From Bacteroidales bacterium (GTDB lineage Bacteria; Bacteroidota; Bacteroidia; Bacteroidales; VadinHA17), in assembly GCA_038247205.1 (NCBI GenBank), contig JBBRVC010000003.1, forward strand, positions 1 to 55,960: a DNA stretch of 55,960 bases. The letters are read 5' to 3'. The notes under the pieces were generated by a model, which did no database searches, was not told the DNA's origin, and was given only the letters and a program-made list of their open reading frames with translations. This document shows positions 16,930 to 26,980 of this stretch, piece after piece. Numbering within the stretch: position 1 is the stretch's first letter; each line of letters opens with the position of its first letter. Both the position numbers and the translations under genes were made by a program.

Positions 16930-18351
16930 TTATGATTTTCTCCAGTGACGCTCAATTTCTTCAAGCGATTTCTTTTTAGTTTCGGGAACAAACTTCCAGA
17001 CAAAAAGTGCGGCTAAAAATGCCATTGTGCCATAAATCCAATAAGCAAAGCCATGATTAAATTTCTCGGTGAGGAAAGTGCTGCTGTTCATCATTGGGAA
17101 TGTCCATGAAATTATAAGATTCGAGATCCATTGTGCTGCAACAGCGAAAGCCATTGCCCTCCCCCTTATTTTATTCGGAAAAATCTCAGACAATAATACC
17201 CAGGTGATCGGGCCCCATGAGAAGGCAAAACATGCTACATAACCTAACATTGAAATCAGAGTAACAGTACCAACCTTATCAAAGAAGAAAGAAAATCCCA
17301 GGGCAAACATAAAAATACCCATCCCGATGCCACCTATGATCTGAAGCGGCTTACGTCCGAACTTATCCACGGTAAATATGGCTAAAATAGTGAATAACAG
17401 GTTTATAATGCCTACTATTATTGTTTGCAGAAGAGCAGTGTCGGTACCGGAACCCATGTTTTTAAATATTTCAGGAGCATAGTACAATACTACATTTATG
17501 CCTACAAATTGCTGGAAAACCGAAAGGAGTATACCTATTATGATGATGAGGTATCCAAATGAGAATAATTTTCCGGATGTTTTTACTGACAAACTTTCTT
17601 TAATTTCAGAAAATACTATTCTGGCTTTTTCAGGTCCGTTAATTCTTGTAAGAACATCCATTGCTTTTTTATCGTTACCTCTGAGAGCAAGATACCTTGG
17701 AGTTTCAGGGATAAATATTAACATGATAAGAAAAATAGCAGCCGGTATGCATTCTGATGCAAACATCCATCTCCATCCCGTCTGATACACCCATGTGTCA
17801 TCACCATTACGGGCAATACTGTAATTTACGAAATATACCACCAGCATACCAAAGATTATTGCAAACTGGTTCCATGAAACAAGTTTACCGCGGTTTTCAG
17901 CAGGTGAGATCTCAGCAATATACATTGGTACAAGCATTGAAGCCAATCCAACTCCGATGCCACCTATTATTCTGTAAAAAACAAAAATCCAGATAAAAGT
18001 ATGGTCAGCTGTTCCTATTGGTTTTATAAACATTTCCGGCATTGCTGAACCTACTGCGGATATAAGAAACAGGACTGCAGCAATTATCAGGCCTTTTTTC
18101 CTGCCGAAATACAGGCTGATCAAACCTCCGGATATTCCTCCTATAATGCATCCCACAAGTGCAGAGGAAACAACGAATCCATGTCTTGAATTAGCAGCCG
18201 CCTCTTCAAGTCCAAACGGCAAAATAAATACTTGTTTAAGCGATTCTACCGTGCCACTGATAACAGCTGTATCATAACCGAACAACAATCCACCAAGCGT
18301 TGCAGTCAGAGTAAGTAAAGCCAGATAAATGGTTGAATTTGATTTATTCAT
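16930..18351 (-). CDS. xylE: MFS sugar porter, D-xylose:proton symporter XylE-like
   Basis: GGLLFGYDTAVISG, PMYIAEISP, PETPR, QQFVGINVVLYYAP, DKFGRK, WVLLSEIFP, VPETK. Confidence 0.88.
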   Translation of the reverse strand: MNKSNSTIYLALLTLTATLGGLLFGYDTAVISGTVESLKQVFILPFGLEEAAANSRHGFVVSSALVGCIIGGISGGLISLYFGRKKGLIIAAVLFLISAVGSAMPEMFIKPIGTADHTFIWIFVFYRIIGGIGVGLASMLVPMYIAEISPAENRGKLVSWNQFAIIFGMLVVYFVNYSIARNGDDTWVYQTGWRWMFASECIPAAIFLIMLIFIPETPRYLALRGNDKKAMDVLTRINGPEKARIVFSEIKESLSVKTSGKLFSFGYLIIIIGILLSVFQQFVGINVVLYYAPEIFKNMGSGTDTALLQTIIVGIINLLFTILAIFTVDKFGRKPLQIIGGIGMGIFMFALGFSFFFDKVGTVTLISMLGYVACFAFSWGPITWVLLSEIFPNKIRGRAMAFAVAAQWISNLIISWTFPMMNSSTFLTEKFNHGFAYWIYGTMAFLAALFVWKFVPETKKKSLEEIERHWRKS

Positions 18352-18565
18352 TCTTTCAGATTAAATTTTCGATTAGTTTAAAATTATTTTTGTCTGGGTT
18401 ATAAACTACTGTACCGAAAAGCACATAAGCCTTCAGATATAATTTAATTGATCTGCTAAATGTCTCTGATTGATATTTTGACAACATAGCTGATAAAAAT
18501 AGTAAAAAATTAATATCTTTATTTGATAAATAAGACGAAACGCAAACAACTCTAATAATACCATT

Positions 18566-19123
18566 ATGTTTATTCTAATTTTTATCGGAATTATCCTGAT
18601 TGTTATTTTAATAACAATCTCGATGTACAACAGACTCGTCAAATTAAGAAACAACAGGGAACAGGCTTTTGCAGATGTTGACGTGCAACTTAAACAAAGG
18701 CATGACATGATACCTCAGCTGGTTGATACAGTAAGAGGCTACATGGGACATGAACGCGGAGTGCTTACAGAGATTACTGAAGCAAGATCTAATGCGATGA
18801 AGGCAACAACAATAAATGAAAAGATTGTTGCTGAAAACAGGCTAACAACTGCTCTTGACGGATTAAGAATTTCGGTGGAGGCATATCCTGATCTGAAGGC
18901 AAGTCAGAACTTTATGGATCTCCAAAATGAGATATCGGATGTTGAAAACAAGATTGCAGCAGCCAGGAGATTTTTCAATTCAGCTACAAAAGAGCTTAAT
19001 GTATCAACTGAGACTTTCCCCTCAAATATAATTGCTTCAATGTTTAATTTTAAACGAGAGCTTATGTTTGAGCTTGGTGATCAGCGTGCATCAGCCGAGC
19101 AGCCACCTAAAATCCAGTTCTGA
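18566..19123 (+). CDS. lemA: LemA family protein
   Basis: N-terminal TM, YNRLV, VQLKQRHDMIPQLV, EAYPDLKASQNF, ARRFFN, FPSNIIA. Confidence 0.93.
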   Translation: MFILIFIGIILIVILITISMYNRLVKLRNNREQAFADVDVQLKQRHDMIPQLVDTVRGYMGHERGVLTEITEARSNAMKATTINEKIVAENRLTTALDGLRISVEAYPDLKASQNFMDLQNEISDVENKIAAARRFFNSATKELNVSTETFPSNIIASMFNFKRELMFELGDQRASAEQPPKIQF

Positions 19124-19127
19124 GTCG

Positions 19128-20090
19128 ATGAGATATTTCGGTCTGCAAAGTCAGATAAGACGGAATAATACAAATTCTGTATTGATCCTGATTATGTTCC
19201 CTCTGATTTTCTTTGGGCTCACCTGGTTATTCTTTTTCTTTACTTCCATGAGCCAGGAACAATTGCAGTCGGCTGACCGGAGTTTTCTGAGTATAGATAG
19301 GGTTAATCACAACTTCCTTCTCACTATACCATGGATTACAATTGGTGTAATTATTTGGTTTACAGTTGCATGGTTCTCTCATTCAGCTATGATAAACTCA
19401 GCTACCGATTCAAAGCCTCTTTCAAGAAATGAGAATAAAAGAGTGTATAACCTCGTTGAAAATCTATGTATTGCAGCCGGGATGACCACCCCTAAAATAA
19501 ATATTATTGAAGACGACTCTTTAAATGCTTTTGCCAGTGGTCTTAATTCAAAAACATTTTCAGTCTCCCTGTCAAGAGGGATCATAAATAAGCTTGATGA
19601 TCAGGAGCTTGAGGCAGTTATTGCCCATGAACTGACACATATCCGCAACCGTGACGTACGGCTGCTTATTATTTCGATTGTTTTTGTGGGCATTTTTGCA
19701 TTTATTTCCGAAACACTCTTCAGATCCATCCGATTCGGAAGTATGGGTCGGGGGAAAAAAGGCGGAGGCGCGAGCATCCTTATTGCTCTTCTTCTTGCTG
19801 CTTTTGGATATCTGGTGGCCTCCATGTTCAGATTTGCCCTTTCAAGGAAGCGTGAATACCTTGCAGATGCCGGAGCTGCTGAACTTACAAGAAATCCGCT
19901 GGCTCTTGCCTCTGCACTAAAGAAAGTCTCTGCTGATCCGACAATTGAAGCTGTTAAAAGAAAGGATGTGGCTCAGATGTTCATTGAAAATCCACAACTT
20001 AAATCAAAAGATTCCGGATTTTCGCTGAGCTCTCTTTTTGCTACTCATCCTCCGATAACAAGGCGAATACAAATACTCGAGCAATTCTAA
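19128..20090 (+). CDS. htpX: M48 family zinc metalloprotease (HtpX-like)
   Basis: NAFASG, ELEAVIAHELTH (HExxH), SRKREYLADA, LFATHPP; follows lemA after 4 nt; ATG 19128. Confidence 0.9.
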   Translation: MRYFGLQSQIRRNNTNSVLILIMFPLIFFGLTWLFFFFTSMSQEQLQSADRSFLSIDRVNHNFLLTIPWITIGVIIWFTVAWFSHSAMINSATDSKPLSRNENKRVYNLVENLCIAAGMTTPKINIIEDDSLNAFASGLNSKTFSVSLSRGIINKLDDQELEAVIAHELTHIRNRDVRLLIISIVFVGIFAFISETLFRSIRFGSMGRGKKGGGASILIALLLAAFGYLVASMFRFALSRKREYLADAGAAELTRNPLALASALKKVSADPTIEAVKRKDVAQMFIENPQLKSKDSGFSLSSLFATHPPITRRIQILEQF

Positions 20091-20130
20091 AATATTGTAT
20101 TGGAAGTGACCTATGTTAAGTCGCTTAATA

Positions 20131-20778
20131 TCAGGATGAAGGCTTGTTTTTCCTGCGGAAATTTATCAGTTTGGATTCTTCGCCTCTCATAAGTCTGCCA
20201 ATGTTCTTCCGGTGTGTTACAAGCAGGGCAATAGCAACCAGTATTGAAAAAATTTTGAAAATAACCGAAGGGCTGCCGAACACTGAAAAAAGAAAGACAG
20301 GGAACGCCAGTCCTGCACTCATTGATGAAACAGATACTATACCTGTTAATAGAAGAACTATAAGAAAAACTACAATACAGCTGACAGTAAGAAGTGGCTG
20401 CAATGCAAGCAGCACGCCGAATACTGTCGCAACACCTTTTCCTCCGCGAAAGCCTGCAAATACCGGGAAAATATGACCTATTATTGCAGTAAGGCCGGTG
20501 AGTATCATAATGTTTGTCATTAGTGATGAGTCGGCTTCTGTAAGATTCAGAAATACGGGCAGCATTGTTGCCAGCCATCCTTTGGAAACATCTATGATAA
20601 GTACAGGAATTCCTGTTTTCCAGCCTAATACCCTGATTACATTGGTTGTACCTGCATTACGACTTCCATGTTCTCTGACGTCTATGCCATGGAATCTTCT
20701 TCCGATCCATACTGCTGCAGGAATAGACCCAAGTGCATACGCGAGCAAAAAGGCAATAAAATAATTGATAATTGTCAT
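20131..20778 (-). CDS. plsY: Glycerol-3-phosphate acyltransferase PlsY
   Basis: YALGSIP, DVREHGSRNAGTTNVIR, GHIFPVFAGFRGGKGVAT, THRKNIGRL. Confidence 0.95.
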   Translation of the reverse strand: MTIINYFIAFLLAYALGSIPAAVWIGRRFHGIDVREHGSRNAGTTNVIRVLGWKTGIPVLIIDVSKGWLATMLPVFLNLTEADSSLMTNIMILTGLTAIIGHIFPVFAGFRGGKGVATVFGVLLALQPLLTVSCIVVFLIVLLLTGIVSVSSMSAGLAFPVFLFSVFGSPSVIFKIFSILVAIALLVTHRKNIGRLMRGEESKLINFRRKNKPSS

Positions 20779-20827
20779 ATTCTCAAATTTTCAGGAGGCA
20801 AAGATAATATTTTATTGACCCCTCAAA

Positions 20828-22447
20828 TCAAATTATAGGTCCGTAATCGGACAATTGTGATGTCTCTTTATTTCCTGCGAATTTGCTGAAATTGTTTATG
20901 AATTTCAATGCCAGGTCGGCTGCTGCAGTATGCCATTTAGTTGACGTCTGCCATGCTTGAGCCGGATGAAGGATTGTTTCATCTACTCCTTCAACGGTTA
21001 GTGGGATACTCAGGTTGAAGACCGGCAGTTTAATAAATTCGGAATTATTTATTGATCCATCGAGTATTGAATTAATTATACGACGTGTTGACGGAAGATC
21101 AATGCGCTTTCCGGTTCCGTATGGCCCTCCTGTCCAACCTGTGTTTATCAGCCATGCTTCAGTGTTATTCTGCTTCATTTTTCTTGCAAGCTCATTTGCA
21201 TAGATGATGGGATCTAGCATGAGAAAAGCTGCTCCAAAGCATGCTGAAAATGATGGCACAGGTTCTATTATACCTCTTTCAGTTCCGGCAACTTTTGCCG
21301 TGTATCCACTCAAAAAGTAATATTTTGTCTGCTCTTCTGTGAGTCGGCTTACAGGAGGCAGAACACCAAAAGTATCTGCAGTAAGAAAGATAACTTTTTT
21401 AGCGTGTCCCGCCCTTGAAACCGGTTTAACAATATTATTTATGTGGTAAATAGGGTAGGAGACTCTTGTATTTTCGGTTTTCGAATAATCGTTGAAATCA
21501 ATAGTACCATCTGACAGTACTACAAGATTTTCAAGCAGGGCATCACGCCTGATTGCATTGTAGATGTCAGGTTCATTCTTTTTATTAAGCTTAATACATT
21601 TTGCATAGCATCCCCCCTCAAAATTAAAGATCCCGTCATCATCCCATCCATGCTCATCATCTCCAATCAATGCTCTTTCCGGATCGGTTGACAGTGTTGT
21701 TTTCCCCGTTCCCGAAAGTCCGAAGAATATGGCTACATCACCATCCTTGCCTACATTCGCAGAGCAGTGCATTGCTGCTATGCCTTTAAGAGGCAGGTAA
21801 TAGTTCATAACAGAAAAGATGCCTTTTTTCATCTCTCCGCCATACCATGTTCCGCCTATAACAGCCATTCCCTCTGTGAGATTAAAGAAGACAAAATTTT
21901 CAGAATGGAGACCTTGCTTATTCCAGTCGGGGTTTGTAGTTTTCGAAGCGTTAAGAACAACGAAATCAGGTGTGAAATTTTCAAGTTCTTCAGGTTCAGG
22001 TCTGATGAACATATTTTTAACAAAGTGAGCCTGCCAGGCCACTTCCATTATAAATCTGACCTTAAGTCTTGTATTCAGGTTAGCACCGCTGTAGCAATCA
22101 ACCACAAAGAGTCTTTTTCCTGATAATTGACGGGATGACAGATTTTTACAATGATCCCATACTTCAACTGATATTGGCTTGTTATCGGATACCTTCCCTT
22201 TATCCGATTTCCACCATACGGTCTTTCTGGTTTTTTCATCAAGAACAACATACTTATCCTTTGGTGATCGACCTGTAAATGCTCCGGTATCAACTGAAAT
22301 TGCACCTGATTTTGTTATTATCCCTCTTTCAGTTTTACTCAGCCCTGGTTTTGTCTCTTCCGCGAATAAAGTATTATATGAAGGGTTATAAAGTACTTCA
22401 ATAACGTTTTCAATACCATATTTAAACAATTCATCTTTGGTAATCAT
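20828..22447 (-). CDS. pckA: Phosphoenolpyruvate carboxykinase (ATP)
   Basis: [59 protein letters not shown]. Confidence 0.97.
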   Translation of the reverse strand: MITKDELFKYGIENVIEVLYNPSYNTLFAEETKPGLSKTERGIITKSGAISVDTGAFTGRSPKDKYVVLDEKTRKTVWWKSDKGKVSDNKPISVEVWDHCKNLSSRQLSGKRLFVVDCYSGANLNTRLKVRFIMEVAWQAHFVKNMFIRPEPEELENFTPDFVVLNASKTTNPDWNKQGLHSENFVFFNLTEGMAVIGGTWYGGEMKKGIFSVMNYYLPLKGIAAMHCSANVGKDGDVAIFFGLSGTGKTTLSTDPERALIGDDEHGWDDDGIFNFEGGCYAKCIKLNKKNEPDIYNAIRRDALLENLVVLSDGTIDFNDYSKTENTRVSYPIYHINNIVKPVSRAGHAKKVIFLTADTFGVLPPVSRLTEEQTKYYFLSGYTAKVAGTERGIIEPVPSFSACFGAAFLMLDPIIYANELARKMKQNNTEAWLINTGWTGGPYGTGKRIDLPSTRRIINSILDGSINNSEFIKLPVFNLSIPLTVEGVDETILHPAQAWQTSTKWHTAAADLALKFINNFSKFAGNKETSQLSDYGPII

Positions 22448-22541
22448 CCTGTATAAAATTTAAGGAGGCCATGGGGCTAATTTAGGTTAAATTTACGAAA
22501 AATAATGTTTTGTATTATTCATCTCATATTCGTCAACTTTT

Positions 22542-22573
22542 AAAAAGGAAAGGGCACCCCTCAGGATGCCCTT
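22542..22573 (-). terminator. Intrinsic terminator after ppdK
   Basis: Minus strand AAGGGCATCC-TGAG-GGGTGCCCTT followed by TCCTTTTT. Confidence 0.7.
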
Positions 22574-22601
22574 AATATCATGGGTCTGATGCCCAGTATG
22601 A

Positions 22602-25328
22602 TTATTTGCCGTATTTAATAGAAGCCTGAGCTGCAGCCAGTCTTGCTATCGGAACTCTGAAAGGAGAGCAGCTTACATAAGTTAATCCTGCCTTGAAACA
22701 GAATTCCACAGAAGCCGGGTCTCCACCCTGTTCGCCACAGATTCCGACTTTAAGATCGGGTCTGGTCGCACGTCCTTTTTCAACTGCCATTTTTATTAAC
22801 TGTCCAACTCCATCCTGATCAATAGTCTGGAATGGATCGGAAGGTAGAATTTTCTTGTCGAGATAATCGTGAAGGAAGCCGCCAGTATCATCACGGCTGA
22901 AACCAAATGTCATCTGTGTAAGGTCATTTGTTCCGAATGAGAAGAACTCAGCTGTTTTGGCCATGCGGTCAGCGAGAAGACAAGCGCGTGGAATTTCGAT
23001 CATTGTTCCATATTTGCATGAGATCTCTTTTACTCCGAATTTGGCACAGACTTCAGCGTATACTTTGTCGAAAACTTTTTTGGTATAATCAATTTCAGCA
23101 ACTTCGCATGTAACAGGGACCATTAATTCAGGGTAAGGTTTCTTCCCCTCCTTGATGAGCTCAACTGAAGACTCAAGCATAGCACGGATCTGCATCTCTG
23201 TAACTTCAGGGAATGTAATGCCCAGACGTACACCACGATGTCCCATCATCGGGTTTGATTCATGCAGAGCTTCACCTCTTTTTGCAACATCTTCTTTCTT
23301 TATTCCGAGAGCTTTTGCAAGTTCTTCCTGTTTTTCTGCTCCCTGTGGAACAAACTCATGGAGCGGGGGATCAAGAAGCCTGAATGTTACAGGTAATCCG
23401 TCCATTGCAGCCATGGTGGCTTTCATATCTTTTTTAACAAATGAGAACAACTCATCAAGTGCATTGCGGCGCTCGGTTTCATTTGCGCTGAGGATCATCT
23501 TACGTAGAAGGAATAGTGGTTGCTCTGATCCTTTGCCGTAGAACATATGCTCGGTACGGAAAAGGCCAATACCTTCAGCTCCATAGTTGCGTGCAATAAT
23601 TGCATCTTCAGGAGTTTCTGCGTTAGTGCGAACACCCATTTTGCGGAATTTGTCAACAATTGCCATAAATTCTTTGAAACGTGGGTTTTCAGAAGCATCC
23701 ATAAGGGCAAGAGCTCCCATATAGACAAATCCTTTTGTGCCGTTAAGTGTCAGGAAATCACCTTCTTTGATGATTGTATCTGTACCTGTAATTTTGCAGA
23801 TTTTCTTTGCAGCGTCCACATGAAGTCCGCCTGCACCTACTATACAGCATTTTCCCCATCCGCGAGCTACAAGAGCAGCGTGTGAAGTCATACCACCACG
23901 TGCAGTAAGAATACCTTCAGCGGCACGCATACCTTCAACATCCTCAGGATTAGTTTCTTCACGGAGAAGAATTACTTTTTCACCTTTACGGAACCATGCA
24001 ACTGCATCTTCAGCGTTGAAAACAACTCTTCCTACTGCGGCTCCGGGACCTGCCGGCAGACCTTTTACTATAGGAGATACTTTCTTTTCAACAGCAGGAT
24101 CACAAATCGGGTGAAGAAGCTCATCAAGCTGAGCGGGATCAACGCGCATTACAGCTGTTTTTTCATCGATCATTTTTTCAAGGAGCATGTCCATTGCCAT
24201 GTTAAGCGCAGCGGTACCTGTTCTTTTACCGGCACGGCACTGTAACATATAAAGTGTACCTTCCTGAATTGTGAATTCGATATCGAGCATATCCTTGAAT
24301 GATTTCTCAAGAATATTACGAATATCCCAAAGTTCTTTATATGTACCCGGCATTGCTTCCTGCATACTGTGGAGATGCCTGTTCTGGTCATTTTTAGTAT
24401 CGTCATTAAGCGGACTTGGTGTGCGTATACCTGCTACAACGTCTTCGCCCTGTGCATTCACAAGCCACTCACCATAGAACAGGTTATCGCCTGTTGCAGG
24501 ATTACGTGTGAAAGCGACACCGGTAGCTGATGAATCACCCATATTACCAAATACCATTGCCTGAACGTTAACAGCAGTTCCCCAATCGTCAGGAATACCT
24601 TCTATACGACGGTATGAAACAGCCTTTTTACCGTTCCAGCTCTTGAATACGGCTTTAATACTTCCTTCAAGTTGCTCTTTCGCATCATCAGGGAAAGGTT
24701 TTCCAAGGGCTGATTTAATAATTGCCTTGAATTCCTCAGCCAGAAGTTTAAGTTCGTCTGCTGATATTTCAGTATCTGATTTATATCCTTTTTGTTTTTT
24801 AAATTCATCGAGTTTTTCGTCAAGCTGTTTGCGAATGCCCTTTCCTTCGCCAAGGTCAATACCTTCAGCCTTTTCCATAACCACGTCAGCATACATCATT
24901 ATAAGACGACGGTATGAATCCCATACGAAACGGGGATTATTGGTTTTTTTAAGGAAACCAGGAATAGTTGCTGAAGAAAGTCCGATGTTCAAAACGGTGT
25001 CCATCATGCCAGGCATGGAACTGCGGGCTCCTGAACGACATGAAACGAGCAATGCATTTTCAGGATCGCCATATTTCATATTCATAGCCTCTTCAGTCTT
25101 CTTCATGGCTGCCCAGACTTCCGGCATCAGATCAGGATGAAGAGTGCAATTATTTGTGTAATACTCGTTGCAAGCTTCGGTAGTGATTGTGAATCCTGCA
25201 GGAACTGGAAGTCCCAGAAGGCACATCTCAGCAAGGTTTGCGCCTTTTCCTCCAAGAAGGTTCTTCATGTCTGCTTTACCCTCTGCTGTCTTTTTGCTAA
25301 AGAAGTAAACTCGTTTAATTTTTGACAT
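22602..25328 (-). CDS. ppdK: Pyruvate, phosphate dikinase
   Basis: LLGGKGANLAEM, RSGARSSMPGMMDT, phospho-His GGMTSHAA, GLFRTEHMF, FSFGTNDLTQ, GICGE, SCSPFRVPIARLAAAQ. Confidence 0.97.
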   Translation of the reverse strand: MSKIKRVYFFSKKTAEGKADMKNLLGGKGANLAEMCLLGLPVPAGFTITTEACNEYYTNNCTLHPDLMPEVWAAMKKTEEAMNMKYGDPENALLVSCRSGARSSMPGMMDTVLNIGLSSATIPGFLKKTNNPRFVWDSYRRLIMMYADVVMEKAEGIDLGEGKGIRKQLDEKLDEFKKQKGYKSDTEISADELKLLAEEFKAIIKSALGKPFPDDAKEQLEGSIKAVFKSWNGKKAVSYRRIEGIPDDWGTAVNVQAMVFGNMGDSSATGVAFTRNPATGDNLFYGEWLVNAQGEDVVAGIRTPSPLNDDTKNDQNRHLHSMQEAMPGTYKELWDIRNILEKSFKDMLDIEFTIQEGTLYMLQCRAGKRTGTAALNMAMDMLLEKMIDEKTAVMRVDPAQLDELLHPICDPAVEKKVSPIVKGLPAGPGAAVGRVVFNAEDAVAWFRKGEKVILLREETNPEDVEGMRAAEGILTARGGMTSHAALVARGWGKCCIVGAGGLHVDAAKKICKITGTDTIIKEGDFLTLNGTKGFVYMGALALMDASENPRFKEFMAIVDKFRKMGVRTNAETPEDAIIARNYGAEGIGLFRTEHMFYGKGSEQPLFLLRKMILSANETERRNALDELFSFVKKDMKATMAAMDGLPVTFRLLDPPLHEFVPQGAEKQEELAKALGIKKEDVAKRGEALHESNPMMGHRGVRLGITFPEVTEMQIRAMLESSVELIKEGKKPYPELMVPVTCEVAEIDYTKKVFDKVYAEVCAKFGVKEISCKYGTMIEIPRACLLADRMAKTAEFFSFGTNDLTQMTFGFSRDDTGGFLHDYLDKKILPSDPFQTIDQDGVGQLIKMAVEKGRATRPDLKVGICGEQGGDPASVEFCFKAGLTYVSCSPFRVPIARLAAAQASIKYGK

Positions 25329-25380
25329 AATACTATTGATTAGAAATAAATAAAATTTATTGATTTTGCAAAATAAGTCG

Positions 25381-25388
25381 CAAAGGTA
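25381..25388 (-). promoter_or_regulatory. -7 element (TACCTTTG) for ppdK
   Basis: TAnnTTTG match about 50 nt upstream of ATG 25328. Confidence 0.5.
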
Positions 25389-25424
25389 GCATTAAAATTG
25401 AATTTTTGAAACAGAATTTATTTT

Positions 25425-26324
25425 TCAGGACCGAGGATGGAACATGATTAGTGAATCACGTAAATAACTCCTGTCGATGTGGGTGTAAATCTCAGTGGTC
25501 ATAATAGATTCATGCCCAAGCATTTCCTGTACAGCTCTCAGATCGGCACCGGCCTCAACCATGTGTGTTGCGAATGAATGACGAAAGGTATGAGGACTGA
25601 TATTTTTCAAAATTCCGGCTTTTGAGGCCAGTCCTTTTATAATTGTAAAGATCATTGCCCTCGTCAACCCTGAACCCCTTCTGTTAAGGAACATTATATT
25701 CTGATCATGAATAACCGTTAATTTATTTCTGAAGTGTTTATAATTCTCTATTTCCTTAAGGGCTTTATTGCTTATCGGGACCAATCGTTGTTTATTTCCT
25801 TTTCCTGTCACTGAAACATATCCTTCAACAGTATGTATATCAGTCATTCGAAGATTGACAAGTTCGGATACTCGCAGACCGCAGCCGTAAAGTGTTTCAA
25901 TAATTGCTTTATTTCTGTGGCCTTCCGGTTTACTCAGATCGATACAATCGATCATCCGGTCAATCTCAGCAATCGATAGTACCTCAGGCAGCTTAAGTCC
26001 AATTTTTGGAGATTCAATCAGTGATGCTGGATTTTTATCAATTTCTCCCTCGATAAGCAGAAACTTAAAAAATGCTCTTACTCCTGAAAGAACTCTCGAC
26101 TGCGTACGGGGATTATGATTTTCATTTTCGAACCATAAAAGGAAATTTTTCAGATCTGAATATGTTGTGGTTTCAGGGGATTCGTAGCTGCCGGTCTCCA
26201 GAAAAAATCTTTCAAGCTTATTGACATCATCAAGGTATGCTTCAATACTGTTATGAGACAACGACTTCTCAAGCCTCAGATAATTTTCAAAATCCCGAAA
26301 TGCTTTGCTCCAGGTAAGACTCAT
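25425..26324 (-). CDS. xerD: Site-specific tyrosine recombinase XerD
   Basis: LYGCGLRVSEL (R), GKGNKQR (K), SPHTFRHSFATH (HxxR), LGHESIMTTEIYTH (H, Y); 299 aa. Confidence 0.9.
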   Translation of the reverse strand: MSLTWSKAFRDFENYLRLEKSLSHNSIEAYLDDVNKLERFFLETGSYESPETTTYSDLKNFLLWFENENHNPRTQSRVLSGVRAFFKFLLIEGEIDKNPASLIESPKIGLKLPEVLSIAEIDRMIDCIDLSKPEGHRNKAIIETLYGCGLRVSELVNLRMTDIHTVEGYVSVTGKGNKQRLVPISNKALKEIENYKHFRNKLTVIHDQNIMFLNRRGSGLTRAMIFTIIKGLASKAGILKNISPHTFRHSFATHMVEAGADLRAVQEMLGHESIMTTEIYTHIDRSYLRDSLIMFHPRS

Positions 26325-26540
26325 CGGTAATTAAGTTGAAGATATAAAAGTATAATTAAAATGCGAACCATCTGGAAATTGAATCCGAATTAAGCAAAAG
26401 CAATAAATCCTGTAATTTTTTGATTATTTTTGCTTAACAAATACCGAAAATCCCTGAGATTGATTGATCCTGTTAACCATACAAGCAAAGAGGCTACATC
26501 ACCACCCTTTTTTTCAGGCGGATATTAATAATATTAAAAA

Positions 26541-26975
26541 ATGAAAATTAAAATCATTAACGGACCAAATCTGAATCTTCTGGGAAAGAGGGAACCTGAA
26601 AAGTACGGAGTAACAAATTTCGGAGACTATTTGAAAACTCTGCAATCATTATATCCGGAAACCGAGTTCGGGTATTTTCAGTCAAACATCGAAGGTGAAA
26701 TAATTAATCAGATCCATGATGCGGGTTTTTCTTATGACGGGATAATCCTTAATGCCGCCGGATATACTCATACCTCTGTTTCAATAGCCGATGCAATAGC
26801 AGCTGTAAAAACTCCTGTTATTGAGGTTCATATAACCAATATTGCAGCCAGGGAGGAATTCCGCCATAAGAGTCTTACAGGAATAAATTGTATAGGCAGC
26901 ATAGCAGGATTCGGACTTGACAGCTACAGGCTTGCTATTGAAGCGTTTATATTAAAATCAGGAAAAAAGAAATAA
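26541..26975 (+). CDS. aroQ: Type II 3-dehydroquinate dehydratase
   Basis: NGPNLNLLGKREPEKYG, QSNIEG, NAAGYTHTS, IEVHITN..AREEFRH. Confidence 0.96.
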   Translation: MKIKIINGPNLNLLGKREPEKYGVTNFGDYLKTLQSLYPETEFGYFQSNIEGEIINQIHDAGFSYDGIILNAAGYTHTSVSIADAIAAVKTPVIEVHITNIAAREEFRHKSLTGINCIGSIAGFGLDSYRLAIEAFILKSGKKK

Positions 26976-26980
26976 AGATA

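Noticed and set aside
3788-18351. GH2 plus XylE as a polysaccharide utilisation locus
   Set aside because: They are over 10 kb apart with unrelated genes between, and no susC/susD pair or xylA/xylB is present.
18433-18708. 91-aa minus-strand ORF with a hydrophobic stretch
   Set aside because: Antisense to the lemA TM region and promoter gap; no recognisable motif.
20111-20578. 155-aa Cys-rich minus-strand ORF
   Set aside because: Alternative frame inside plsY, which carries all the family motifs.
22928-25325. Cluster of 60-165 aa ORFs overlapping ppdK
   Set aside because: Antisense or off-frame shadows of a long gene with biased codon use; none shows protein-family features.
25425-26324. 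Tyrosine recombinase as the integrase of a mobile element
   Set aside because: Length and motifs fit chromosomal XerD, flanking genes are core metabolism, and no att repeats, cargo or dif site were recognised.
26390-26437. 10-bp inverted repeat TTAAGCAAAA / TTTTGCTTAA between xerD and aroQ as an invertible promoter
   Set aside because: AT-rich arms with a 28-nt spacer; the right arm overlaps the aroQ -7 box TATTTTTG. Too weak to call a switch, and chance cannot be excluded.
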